The notes: generated by a model from the letters alone, not told the origin. A stretch of DNA of 63,170 bases, filler included, from Octopus bimaculoides (GCF_001194135.2; 6 parts of 6 records of this genome joined end to end with filler, not necessarily neighbours in it), one strand, 5' to 3'. Shown: positions 11,722-25,041, numbered from the whole stretch's first letter. Numbers and translations: made by a program.

Positions 11722-12752
11722 GACAAAGTCCTTTTTCTGTTTTCTGTTCTTTTGTTTTTTCTTAAGTAGAAGACAGTAAAATTCAGATTAGTTCCTGAAG
11801 AAAATGGTGAAACTGATGTTGGTGTTTTTCTGTCCTGACGGTCACTAACAAATAATACAATGGAGAAGAATCAGTCACACAAAATATTGAAATGTTCAGC
11901 TATGGCAACATCATATTTACCGAGTTTCGTCTTCCAATTAGAATCCAGTAAGATTTCAACACGGACCATTGTTTGAGAAAGTAATAATGGCATGTAGGTT
12001 GGTCTTATTTGATTAAGACATTCACAATGGTGTTTGCTCACTGCCTAATTGATTGACAAATTTCTCATCACGTGTGTCAGTTTGGTGCAGTTTGAGACCT
12101 TCATTGAACATTGATGGACTGGTATGGTGGGAGTGGAGTTGATAAGGTTTTTGTTAGCCATTCATATTTGGTTTTTAGATGGTTAAAATGGATGTGGTGG
12201 GGTAAATTCTGAGTAAGATGTATGTTCTATGTGGGCTGTGACTTCTTTATAACAAATGTTAAGAACTGGGTAGACTCTTTTCAATCAAAATCTAAGCTAT
12301 TTATGAAACAAATCCAGACTAAGTAGGTTGGGATCTATTCACAAAGAAAAGAAAGAGGCCTGAGATGAGAGCTTTTCTGTGTAGTTAAGAAGTTCACTTT
12401 GTGACTACTTACTTTTAGCTTCTGTCCCACTAAAGTGCAACACCTTAGGTAAGTGTCTTCTACTCGAACCCCAGCCCAACCAATGCTCGTGAATGAATAA
12501 TTTGGGAGACAAAAGTTGTGTAGAACCCCACTATTATATATCTCTTTTACTCTCTTTTACTTGTTTCAGTCATTTGACTGTGGCCATGCTGGAGCACCGC
12601 CTTTAGTCGAGCAAATCGACCCCAGGACTTATGCTTTGGATGCCTAATACTTATTCTATCGGTCTCTTTTGCCGAACCAGTAAGTTACGGGGACATAAAC
12701 ACACCACCATCGGTTGTCAAGCGATGTTGGAGGAACAAACACAGACACACAA

Positions 12753-12789
<37 letters not shown>

Positions 12790-13607
12790 TATATATANNN
12801 NNNNNNNNNNNNNNNNNNNNNNNNNNNNNNNNNNNNNNNNNNNNNNNNNNNNNNNNNNNNNNNNNNNNNNNNNNNNNNNNNNNNNNNNNNNNNNNNNNNN
12901 NNNNNNNNNNNNNNNNNNNNNNNNNNNNNNNNNNNNNNNNNNNNNNNNNNNNNNNNNNNNNNNNNNNNNNNNNNNNNNNNNNNNNNNNNNNNNNNNNNNN
13001 NNNNNNNNNNNNNNNNNNNNNNNNNNNNNNNNNNNNNNNNNNNNNNNNNNNNNNNNNNNNNNNNNNNNNNNNNNNNNNNNNNNNNNNNNNNNNNNNNNNN
13101 NNNNNTATATGTGTGTGTGTGTGTTGTTTTTGTTTGTCCCTCCCACCACTTGACAACTGATATTGGTTTGTTTACATTCCCATAACTGAGCAGTTTGGCA
13201 AAAAGAGTCCAATAGAAATTGTACCAGACTTTAAAACAAAATTACTAGGGTTGATTTGTTTCACTAAACTGTCCAAGGCAATGCCTCTAGCATAGCCATA
13301 GTTTAATGACTAAAACAAGTAGAAGATGAAAGGTAAAAGATTGAGTAGGCAATACCTCCTTTACAAATGAACCAACAAGGGTGTCAGTATGTGGTCACTC
13401 AACCTGCTAGAAATAGCAGGCAAATTTTTCTCCATTCACACCCAAAAGTGGAAGGGCACATTTCATAATGTACTTTGGGAAAAAAAAAGAACAAGATAGT
13501 CAAAAATGAAATATCTTTGATCATAGTTCTGAAAAGCAATAAATATTCCATGGTAAGAAACTCTGATTCTTAGCAAAAATGGTAGAATTAAATAGTAACT
13601 GACTTAC

Positions 13608-13730
13608 AGTTTTCAATTTTGTCTGATAATGTTCTTATTTCAGATAAGGGGTGTAGTGAGTCAGGAAAGCTATTTTTGTTGTCGCATCATAGCACAGTTG
13701 TGCTATGGCATACTCCAGCCAATCAGGGCT
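13608..13730 (-). promoter_or_regulatory. Candidate non-coding first exon and proximal promoter of the PH gene
   Basis: Consensus donor act|gtaagtc at 13607. Nearby are TGAGTCA (13657-13663), AGATAAG, a CATAGCAC-agtt-GTGCTATG palindrome (13688-13707) and AGCCAATCAG (13717-13726). Motif-only inference. Confidence 0.3.
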
Positions 13731-14689
13731 GGGTACATATGAATACTAGGGACAGTTCTCTGCCCATGAAAAGAAGTGGGAGTTTTAATTTAGTTAGCAG
13801 ATAGATGGCAGAAGAGTAACAGCTGTCTTTCGACATGGAACAGCCACTTTGTCTTGCACACCAACTTCGCATTCACTAGCTCTGAATTATCTCACATCTC
13901 TCTTTCAACATGAAACAGCTCTTTGTTTTTCACATCAACTTAGCGCAGCTAACTCTGAATTATATCAGCTCTTGCCTAACAACAAATTCCATATTTTAAA
14001 TGTAAGTGATAAAAGCTTTACCCTGACTCACACACATACGCCTTGCTACATGTCTTACTACTTGTCAGCTCTTGTTAATTAAAATATATTTTCGTTATAA
14101 AAATTGTCTTCTGATATTTTACCTTTTACCAACTTTCACACTACAAATTAGCAGATATAAATAATGCACTCACACTAAATTACCTGACACAATAAATATA
14201 CCAACACTCAAGTGATTTTCTACGGGGTAACATTAATTTTCACTTTTCATCTTTTCCATCACTTGTGGGCCAATAAAATAAGTACCAGGCACACGTTTTG
14301 GAATCCTTTCAACCGAGTTTTTTTTTATATTCCTTAGAGATTTTTAGCACTGTGAAAAATTATTATTATTCAATAGAGGCATTTATCTAGCACGCCCAGA
14401 ACCATACTTTCCAGATATTGAAACTACATTAATCACCAGTCAGGTGGGATGGGAATTGCACAGGGTATATGCCCCTCCATGTACCCTTCTGTGTCTAATC
14501 TGTAGACAGTCACTGGTCGCAGATCTCCAAAGGCCAGTCACTGATTCATTGCATTTCTACCACCAAGAGAGACAAGGTGTATGTGTGATATTAGCAGAAC
14601 AAATATTACACAGTATTTTTATTTGAAAGCATTGATATTCCTTCATTTTACATCTTCAGTGAACGGTAAACTCACACACACATAATATA

Positions 14690-14971
14690 CAGTGGGGGGA
14701 AATAAATATTCGTACATGTCAAAATTCTTTATTTATTTAATTTCTAATGAACATAAATGGGATATACCAATACTATATTTGCATACACATACATAAACTA
14801 AGAATATGCAAAAGAAACTAAAAAATTATAGTAACTAATGAATTTATATACAATTATAAATATTTAGGGGTGAAAAAAGTATTTGTACAGAATAAATTTA
14901 TAAATTTCTATGCCACAAAATACTGGTAAAATAATTTTTTGTTTTTTTTACTAGAACTTTCTCGTTTGTTC
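14690..14971 (+). mobile_element. Tc1-like element terminus running into a gap
   Basis: TA|CAGTGGGGGGAAATAAATATT terminus and an inner repeat ggggtgaaaaaagtatt. The other end is not visible. Confidence 0.55.
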
Positions 14972-15686
14972 NNNNNNNNNNNNNNNNNNNNNNNNNNNNN
15001 NNNNNNNNNNNNNNNNNNNNNNNNNNNNNNNNNNNNNNNNNNNNNNNNNNNNNNNNNNNNNNNNNNNNNNNNNNNNNNNNNNNNNNNNNNNNNNNNNNNN
15101 NNNNNNNNNNNNNNNNNNNNNNNNNNNNNNNNNNNNNNNNNNNNNNNNNNNNNNNNNNNNNNNNNNNNNNNNNNNNNNNNNNNNNNNNNNNNNNNNNNNN
15201 NNNNNNNNNNNNNNNNNNNNNNNNNNNNNNNNNNNNNNNNNNNNNNNNNNNNNNNNNNNNNNNNNNNNNNNNNNNNNNNNNNNNNNNNNNNNNNNNNNNN
15301 NNNNNNNNNNNNNNNNNNNNNNNNNNNNNNNNNNNNNNNNNNNNNNNNNNNNNNNNNNNNNNNNNNNNNNNNNNNNNNNNNNNNNNNNNNNNNNNNNNNN
15401 NNNNNNNNNNNNNNNNNNNNNNNNNNNNNNNNNNNNNNNNNNNNNNNNNNNNNNNNNNNNNNNNNNNNNNNNNNNNNNNNNNNNNNNNNNNNNNNNNNNN
15501 NNNNNNNNNNNNNNNNNNNNNNNNNNNNNNNNNNNNNNNNNNNNNNNNNNNNNNNNNNNNNNNNNNNNNNNNNNNNNNNNNNNNNNNNNNNNNNNNNNNN
15601 NNNNNNNNNNNNNNNNNNNNNNNNNNNNNNNNNNNNNNNNNNNNNNNNNNNNNNNNNNNNNNNNNNNNNNNNNNNNNNNNNNNNNN

Positions 15687-15735
<49 letters not shown>

Positions 15736-15969
15736 ACTTGAGGATGGTCATATTGCCAGTTTAGCCAATATATATATATATATATATTTATACACACATA
15801 AACATATACATACTACAGGCACAGGCATCGCTGCATGGTAAAGAAGTTTGTTTCTCAACCATATGGCTTCAGGTTCAGTCCCACTGCATTATAGCATCAG
15901 CCAGACCAAAACCTTGAGAGGATTTGGTAGACAGAGACTGAAAGAAGCCCCTTATGTGCAATGTCAGTG

Positions 15970-16452
15970 TGCTTGTACGTTTTGAGAGAAAAACTGGGCA
16001 TAAGGGGCATCAAATGTGACATACAAGAGAGACGATTGCACCAGTATGGTCATGTGGTACATATGGATGAGGACAGCTGTGTAAAGAAGTGCTGATCTCT
16101 GTGGAAGAGGTAGACCCAGGAAGACATGGGATGAGGCAGATGAAGCATGATCTTCAAACGCTGGGCCCCACAGGCAATGACAAGTGAGCGAGACCTTTGG
16201 TGGTATGCTGTGCTGGAGAAGACTCATGAAGCCAAGTGAAATCGTAGTTGTGGCTAATACCAGTGTCGCATAACTGGTACCCATGCTAGTGGCACATAAA
16301 AAGCACCCATTACACTCTTGCAGTAATTAGCATTAAGCTGTAGAAACGATGACAAATCAGACTGGTACCTGGTGCAGCTCTCTGGTTTACCAGTTTCAAA
16401 CCATCTAACCCATGCCAGTATGGAAAGCGGACATTAACTGATGATGATGATA
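15970..16452 (+). mobile_element. RTE-clade LINE 3' end
   Basis: LREKLGIRGIKCDIQERRLHQYGHVVHMDEDSCVKKC...GRGRPRKTWDE, followed by a 3' UTR and (GAT)n tail. Confidence 0.85.
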
Positions 16453-16847
16453 ATTGATAGATATATATATACATATCTATATATATTCATATGTGTGTGT
16501 AGGTTTATGTCCTCTTGCCTTCACAGTGCATGCTAATTGTAAATGTGTGTCACTATCATACAAGCAATGTCATACATTTCCAATGTCTTGCGTAAACATG
16601 TTTGGCCATAGGGAAGTATTACCTTACTTGGAAATAGATGATGGTTGGTTACAGGAAGGACGTCAAGTTGTAAAAAATCTGCTTCAATAAACTCTGATCC
16701 ATGCAAACATGGCAAAGTGGATGTTAGAACTCTGATTATATATATATATATCATCATCGTTTAACGTCCACTTTCCATGCTAGCATGGGTTGGACAATTT
16801 GACTGAGGACTGGTGAACAGGATGGCTGCACCAGGCTCCTATCTGAT

Positions 16848-16947
16848 NNNNNNNNNNNNNNNNNNNNNNNNNNNNNNNNNNNNNNNNNNNNTTAATTAAT
16901 TAANNNNNNNNNNNNNNNNNNNNNNNNNNNNNNNNNNNNNNNNNNNN
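16848..16947. other. Artificial 100-bp scaffold join (44 N + TTAATTAATTAA + 44 N); also at 25818-25917, 40350-40449, 43483-43582 and 54934-55033
   Basis: The same six-frame-stop 12-mer sits centred in N-runs five times. Confidence 0.97.
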
Positions 16948-16955
16948 TTATTCTT

Positions 16956-17153
16956 TATTCTTTTACTTGTTTCAGTCATTTGACTGCGGCCATGCTGGAG
17001 CGCCGCCATTAGTCAAACAAGTCTCTCCCAGGAGTTATTCTTTGTAAGCCTAGCACTAGGCTCAGAAAGAATAAGTCCTGGGGTCGATTTGTTCGACTAA
17101 AGGCGGCGCTCCAGCATGGCCGCAGTCAAATGACCGAAGCAAGTAAAAGAATA
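16956..17153. repeat. Spacer-less palindrome of two SINE-B tails (99-bp arms)
   Basis: 16956-17054 is the reverse complement of 17055-17153 with roughly a dozen mismatches. The axis lies in ...aagcctagc|actaggct.... Confidence 0.9.
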
Positions 17154-17568
17154 TAGATTCACTCTGTCAGTCTTCCGGCCTCACTCTGTCTCTCTATGGT
17201 GGTGGCATTGGTCATCGTAGTAGTAGTAGTAGTAGTAGTAATTGTAGTAGTAGTAGTTGTAGTAGTAGTCGTAGTTGTAGTAGTAGTCGTAGAACTAGCT
17301 GTAGTCGTAGTGGTGGTTGTGGTAGTAGTAGTAGTAGTAGTGGAAGCAGCAGTAGTAGTGGTGGTTGTGGTGGTAGTAGCAATAGTTGTGGTGGTGGTGG
17401 TGGTAAGGCGGAGGACGTGATCCCATTTTGACAGGGGACTATCACTCCAAGTAAATGGCTGACATCTTAATATCCGGGTCTTTCCGTCAACTGAGAAACT
17501 GCGAATTTAATAAATCTTTGACACACCATCGCCACCTTGCGGCTTTCTTTCATTATTTGATTGTCGCA

Positions 17569-17603
<35 letters not shown>

Positions 17604-18630
17604 TGTATATACTACGCTTGTTTGTCTTTGTACGGATGTGTGTTTGTACAGATGCGCAGAAATGTATGCATGCATGTACATATGTATATACGTATGTATG
17701 TATGCATAAATGTATGTATGTATGTATGTATATGTGTATGTATGTTTATATATATGTACCTATCTACGTACTATGTATGTATGTGTGTATGTATATATGT
17801 ATGTATGGATGTACGTACATACGTACGTATGTATGTGCATACCTATATACGCCTGCATGTCTATGTGCAAGCTTGTATGTATATATTTATGACCGTTGCT
17901 TTTACTTGTTTCAATCATTGGACTGCGGCCATGCTGGTGCGCTGTCTTGAAGCCTTTAGTCAAACAAATCGACCCCTTGTTTTTAAACCGGGTACTTACT
18001 TATTCTATCGTTTTTTTATTGCCACACAGTTAAGTCATAGCGTCGTAAACAAACCGAGAGCGGTTGTCAAGCGAAAGTGAGGGATAGACTGACACACACA
18101 CGGATATACGACGGGCTTCATTCAGTTTCCAAGGCTTTGGTCGGCCCGAAGCTATAGTTGAGAACACGTGCCTAAGGTGCCACGCTGTGGGAGTGAACCG
18201 AAAACCATGTGGTTGAGAAGCAGCAAACTTTTCACAGACAACCATGCTTGTACCTACAACTGCATGAGTACGCAACCGAATGTATGTGGTGGTGGTGGTG
18301 GTGGTGGTGGTTATTCGAGTTACTTGGTGGCATCACTAGTGTTAGTGCTGCAGTCAAGACACTAAGTAGACTGCGGCTATGTGGTTGGCAATGGGATGTG
18401 CGACAGGCTGTAGAAAGCACGCTGGAGCAGACGTTGCACCTTGACGCAGTCCTCTGAACTCTCACATCCCATCCAACCGTCCAAGCGCGTGCCAGAATAC
18501 GGAGGCTGAACAATGAGGATGATGATAATGATGATATACATACGAACACAAAATCGAGCACGCCCACACATATATACACGTACATAGATTGTTACACAGT
18601 AGACATATATACATACATACATATATACAC

Positions 18631-18679
<49 letters not shown>

Positions 18680-19558
18680 NNNNNNNNNNNNNNNNNNNNN
18701 NNNNNNNNNNNNNNNNNNNNNNNNNNNNNNNNNNNNNNNNNNNNNNNNNNNNNNNNNNNNNNNNNNNNNNNNNNNNNNNNNNNNNNNNNNNNNNNNNNNN
18801 NNNNNNNNNNNNNNNNNNNNNNNNNNNNNNNNNNNNNNNNNNNNNNNNNNNNNNNNNNNNNNNNNNNNNNNNNNNNNNNNNNNNNNNNNNNNNNNNNNNN
18901 NNNNNNNNNNNNNNNNNNNNNNNNNNNNNNNNNNNNNNNNNNNNNNNNNNNNNNNNNNNNNNNNNNNNNNNNNNNNNNNNNNNNNNNNNNNNNNNNNNNN
19001 NNNNNNNNNNNNNNNNNNNNNNNNNNNNNNNNNNNNNNNNNNNNNNNNNNNNNNNNNNNNNNNNNNNNNNNNNNNNNNNNNNNNNNNNNNNNNNNNNNNN
19101 NNNNNNNNNNNNNNNNNNNNNNNNNNNNNNNNNNNNNNNNNNNNNNNNNNNNNNNNNNNNNNNNNNNNNNNNNNNNNNNNNNNNNNNNNNNNNNNNNNNN
19201 NNNNNNNNNNNNNNNNNNNNNNNNNNNNNNNNNNNNNNNNNNNNNNNNNNNNNNNNNNNNNNNNNNNNNNNNNNNNNNNNNNNNNNNNNNNNNNNNNNNN
19301 NNNNNNNNNNNNNNNNNNNNNNNNNNNNNNNNNNNNNNNNNNNNNNNNNNNNNNNNNNNNNNNNNNNNNNNNNNNNNNNNNNNNNNNNNNNNNNNNNNNN
19401 NNNNNNNNNNNNNNNNNNNNNNNNNNNNNNNNNNNNNNNNNNNNNNNNNNNNNNNNNNNNNNNNNNNNNNNNNNNNNNNNNNNNNNNNNNNNNNNNNNNN
19501 NNNNNNNNNNNNNNNNNNNNNNNNNNNNNNNNNNNNNNNNNNNNNNNNNNNNNNNNNN

Positions 19559-19743
19559 GCGGTATTTCGTCTGCCGCTACGTTCTGAGTTCAAATTCCGC
19601 CGAGGTCGACTTTGCCTTTCATCCTTTCGGGGTCGATTAAATAAGTACCAGTTACGCACTGGGGTCGGTATAATCGACTTAATCCGTTTGTCTGTCCTTG
19701 TTTGTCCCCTCTGTGTGTAGCCCCTTGTGGGTAGTAAAGAAAT
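19559..19743 (+). mobile_element. SINE family C (central motif gcctttcatcctttcggggtcgat, possibly Meta/MESC-type), CpG-intact copy
   Basis: B box GAGTTCAAATTCC followed by the conserved central motif. Further copies at about 23170-23270-, 42000-42210+ and 52730-52805-. The domain name is recalled, not verified. Confidence 0.8.
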
Positions 19744-20641
19744 AACACATATATATTCGTTAGCAGAGCATACCAGTTCTCAGAAAGACCACACGAAAGA
19801 AATTTTAAAATGAGCCGCTGGTGGGTTATGCAGGACTTGCTAACACACCACCACGACCCACCAGCAGGACGTGTGGCAGCCAACGTGTTAAGCGGTCTTG
19901 AGCATTTCTTAAATTTCTGCAGCGTTTTGTGTTTAGTCAAACATGAAGCTGCATCACACAACAAGATTCTAAATTGCCTTCACGTTCCGACCGCATCCTG
20001 CAGCCTGGTCAGCTGTGAGAAGCAGTGTTTACCAGGGTGTGTACAAAACGTTGTTACAGCCGTCTCCCTTAATCAGGAATAACAAACGTTGGCAGGTCAG
20101 CTTATTAGATGTATATTAATGATATACTAAAATTACAATAATTTAGGACAATCATAGCTGCTTCTCCTGAAAAAAGTCTCAAAACTTCTGGAATGAGCTA
20201 CATATAGAAGTTCGTTATATAGGCATATATATAAGAATACAGAGGGAACTCATTTATACACCGACTTAGGCACACAAACACATGCAAACGTTTAAATCAA
20301 CTTAAAGATACGCTATAAGACATTGCTGCCATATCTAATCCTCTGTAATCGTTTTATATACCTATCTTTTTTTTTTCTTTTTTACCTTTTTTCACTTATC
20401 AAACTTCAAGAACCCCCCCCCCCNNNNNNNNNNNNNNNNNNNNNNNNNNNNNNNNNNNNNNNNNNNNNNNNNNNNNNNNNNNNNNNNNNNNNNNNNNNNN
20501 NNNNNNNNNNNNNNNNNNNNNNNNNNNNNNNNNNNNNNNNNNNNNNNNNNNNNNNNNNNNNNNNNNNNNNNNNNNNNNNNNNNNNNNNNNNNNNNNNNNN
20601 NNNNNNNNNNNNNNNNNNNNNNNNNNNNNNNNNNNNNNNNN

Positions 20642-20683
<42 letters not shown>

Positions 20684-20728
20684 CTGTGTGTCTGTGTGTA
20701 TAAAAATATTTTATATATATATATATAT

Positions 20729-20776
<48 letters not shown>

Positions 20777-20930
20777 AGACATATACACACACAAACACAC
20801 TCATACATATTCATATACATATGAGTATGAGTATATATATATATATATACACACACATACACACACACACATATATATACACACATATATATATATATAC
20901 ATACATACACATACATATATGTATATATAT

Positions 20931-20962
<32 letters not shown>

Positions 20963-21445
20963 TCATATACACGCATATATTTTTTATGACATGTATATAT
21001 GTCATGAATGTGTGTGTGTGTATGTGTGTGTATTTTTACCTATATATATAAAAAACACAACAATAATCTTTTTTGTGATACTTTCCTGGATTTCTAAAGG
21101 AATATTGGAACAATAAAAGAAGTTAGCTTTGAAAAATCTGTGAAATTGCCTAATTTTCTAAAGAATTTCATATTTTTTTAATGTATATATTATATTTCGA
21201 ATTTTACATTTTAGTTTGTTTTTTTTTCGTATATTCTGTTTTCAATTAAATATTAAAAAAAAGTGGATGAGTGGAAAGGATGTTTTCTCATGAAGACAGA
21301 AAGACAGAACAAAGCCCAGAAAACAGAAAATTACAAAAAATTTGTATTTATTTTATATGATCGCGCCTAATTCACCTGCTATCTATATATATATGTAAAC
21401 ACATACACACACATATATATACACGCACAGGCACGCACACACACA

Positions 21446-21489
<44 letters not shown>

Positions 21490-21616
21490 CATACGTACAT
21501 TAATAAGTATGTATATATATTGAGAGAAGAGTGAGAGAGAAATATATACATGCTTATATATAGATATATATATGTGTGTGTGTGTGTGTTCATATATATA
21601 TGTTCATATATATATG

Positions 21617-21656
<40 letters not shown>

Positions 21657-23305
21657 CTTATATAGATCTATTACTAGATATATACATGCTTATATATGTC
21701 TGTGTGCACTTGTATGTACATGTACGTGAATCTCTATTATATATAAACATATTTATGCACACACGTTTTGTCTGGACGCACGTGCAGTCATATACGCGTT
21801 TGTAAATGTGTAGATATTGTGATAAGGTTGCAGAAATATACACACGTGTATTCCATATACATACATACAAGCACACACACACACACATATATGTATGTAT
21901 GTATGTGTGGCTTTAACATACGCGTCCTAGCGTATATTTTAGGCATCAAACGAAAGACTGTAGGCCCTTCTACTGATGTTGACTAACAGTAAGAAACTGC
22001 TGAAGATTGTGTATACGACACACCCGACCCTAAACTCACTCTCACGCGCGCACACCCACACACATTCACACGCATACATACGTACACACACACACACACA
22101 CTAGCGAGAGAGAAAGACAGACTGGTGGAGTGGGGTACGCAGGTGTTATCTTAACAGTCTTCGATCGTTTCTCACAAAATAACTTTGTTAGCTTCTGGAT
22201 ACATCCATGTATAAAGATAATGGGATGGATGGTTCCACTGTCTTGGAGGATTTTTGGGAACGAAAGACAACTAGTTGTCCGAGAAGCCTTTTCTTTCCGC
22301 CTCTTTGTTCATCACTCTCCACACCATTTGTTTGGCAGTGGCCTTGCAGAAACATATTTAGACATCCTGTGTACAGGTCGTACCTAACATTCAAGCAGAC
22401 TTTAGGCATATTGGGTCTCTCCGTTATTGGGAAAAAGAGAAGTCCGTGAAACTGCCAGCCAATATGGTACATCTCGCACTGCGACCATTGCTTTTGTGAG
22501 GTTTTCTTCGTAGAATGTGAGCATTTTTGTACCTGTAGCCTACAATCAGGTCTCTCCCAGGTTAAACCGGTGAAAGCTTCAAATATTTTAACAAAACGTA
22601 AATAAATTATTCTCAGTGCATTTTCAACTTCTATTCTTCCTATATANNNNNNNNNNATACGCCATAGAAACCGGGAAACCGGGGCCCATGAGCCTGGCTA
22701 GGCTTTGAAAAGGCGACGGTATATATTTATATATATATTATTATGTCTAAGGAGAATCATTACGCCAGTATTATTTACACACCAATGGTTCAACTCCACT
22801 CCCTTATTATTAGTCAACTGGCTAAATATCCTTCTAATTAACCGTTTGTTTAATTAGGTTAAACAATCACTCGTTTTTTTTTTCTTTTCTGTTTGTCACT
22901 GCTATTTCGTTTCTATTTGCAACTTTAACGAAAGTGTTTTGACAAACCAAAACAAAACGAAAACCTTACTGTTTAACCAAATTAAACAGACGATCCATTA
23001 GTTGGATATTTAATACATTGACTAATGATAAAGGATTGGAATTGAACCCGTGCGTGTCTTAATGATATTGGCATAATGACTCTCTTTAGAGACAACAGAG
23101 TTTTTGTTTCAACACACGAATTCAAAGAAAAAATGTTGCCGACTAGATATATATATCCCGAAAAGATAAGTCAACCATGGCGGAATTTGAACACAGAACG
23201 TAAAGACAGACGAAATACCGCTAAGCGGTTCGCCCGGTGTGCTAACCACTCTGCCAGCTTACCGTCTTAATACACACACATATTCATGTATGTATGTGTT
23301 ATGGT

Positions 23306-23688
23306 GGAGGCGCAATGGCCCAGTGGTTAGGGCAGCGGACTCGCGGTCATAGGATCGCGGTTTCGATTCCCAGACCGGGCGTTGTGAGTGTTTATAGAGC
23401 GAAAACACCTAAAGCTCCACGAGGCTCCGGCAGGGGATGGTGGCGAACCCTGCTCTACTCTTTCACCACAACTTTCTCTCACTCTTACTTCCTGTTTCTG
23501 TTGTGCCTGTAATTCAAAGGGTCAGCCTTGTTACACTGTGTCATGCTGAATATCCCCTAAAATTACGTAAGGGGTACACGTGTCTGTGGAGTGCTCAGCC
23601 ACTTGCACGTTAATTTCACGAGGAGGCTGTTCCGTTGATCGGATCAACTGGAACCCTCGTCGTCGTAAGCGACGGAGTGCCAACAACA
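23306..23688 (+). mobile_element. SINE family A, full length
   Basis: A box TGGCCCAGTGG, B box GTTTCGATTCC, imperfect 10-bp TSD atgtgt(t/a)atg, AAC tail. Confidence 0.9.
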
Positions 23689-24898
23689 TGTGTAATGAAT
23701 TTTCGTCTTCGACAGGTATTGTTATGGGATTAACGGTAAATATTTGTCTTTTTGATGCTGTTTAACCGAGCAAACGCATCACGTGTGCACATACACACAC
23801 AGGCGTGCGTGTGCACATACACACACACACACACATACACACACACACACACGCATACTGATGGTGACAGTGATGCTGGCGATGTTGTCAGCTGAAGAAA
23901 GAAACGTTGCCCCTTTTAATAGTTTTGTGACGGGTCGATCTGATCTGCAACCCCTCCACTCACACATACTCACACACATACACATCCGTACACGCACGCA
24001 TACGCGCACATACACATGCATACACACACACGAACACACACACACACACGCCCGTCCGCCCGCGCACACATGCGTACACGCACATACGCACACAGACTCA
24101 CACACACACGCACACAAACACATGCACGCACACAGACACCCACCACACACGCACTCATGTTCATACACACACAAGCACATAAACACATACACACATACAC
24201 ACATACATACATACTTACGCAGACTCACGCACGCACACACCCATACACGTACATACACATACACACATGCACCCCCCCCCAGCCACTCACCTTCCACACG
24301 AAAACGTATGCAATGTACTCAGGTGAATAAATACCAATAAAAAGGGAGAAAGGTATTAAATTCTGATCTTGTAAATTTTTAATGATTCTGATATTTCGAG
24401 TATAAAAAACCCTTATCACGAACGCTGAAGAGAACTATAGACAGGCTGGATAAAATAAATGTCCGTTTATTTGACTGCATGAAAGCCACAGTGCTAACCT
24501 AAACAGACAACCATTTTCTTCCCCGCTCCCTTCCCTTCTCTCTTTTTCTCCATGTTCTCTTAAACGTTCGTAAAGGGGTTTTTATACCCGAAATATCACG
24601 ATCATTAAATATTTTAAGGCATTAGTTGAATAATCTTCTCCTTGGTCTTATTGATATTTATTGAGCTAACTGCATCTAAGATGGCATTTTAACCAACGCT
24701 TTTCTTTTACTTAAATATCTTACAAGGCTCTATGCGTTGTTAGCAAAATTGGGAAATTTTACTAACAGCGCTTAGTAATTTGTATGGACATCCGTCGAAT
24801 TTGGTTGGATAGTAATCTCAGGAATAAACGCCCGGATGATTACCTGGGATGTTTTGTGATTGGAAAACTCCGAGTAATGACGCTCGGAGTCAAGTTGT

Positions 24899-24950
<52 letters not shown>

Positions 24951-25041
24951 GCGAACACAATACATACAGACACAGATCTGCAACACCTGGGCCTCTTTCT
25001 TATCCGGTTTGCAGAAATCCGGCAATACTGTATAATACTTG

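Noticed and set aside
16892-16903. TTAATTAATTAA islands recurring five times inside N-runs, which look like a spaced regulatory repeat
   Set aside because: Always centred in 44 N + 44 N and a six-frame stop sequence, so it is a synthetic scaffold linker.
22130-22520. Higher-GC stretch with three overlapping ORFs of 80-94 aa
   Set aside because: No recognisable domain, and no consistent splice sites in any frame I translated.
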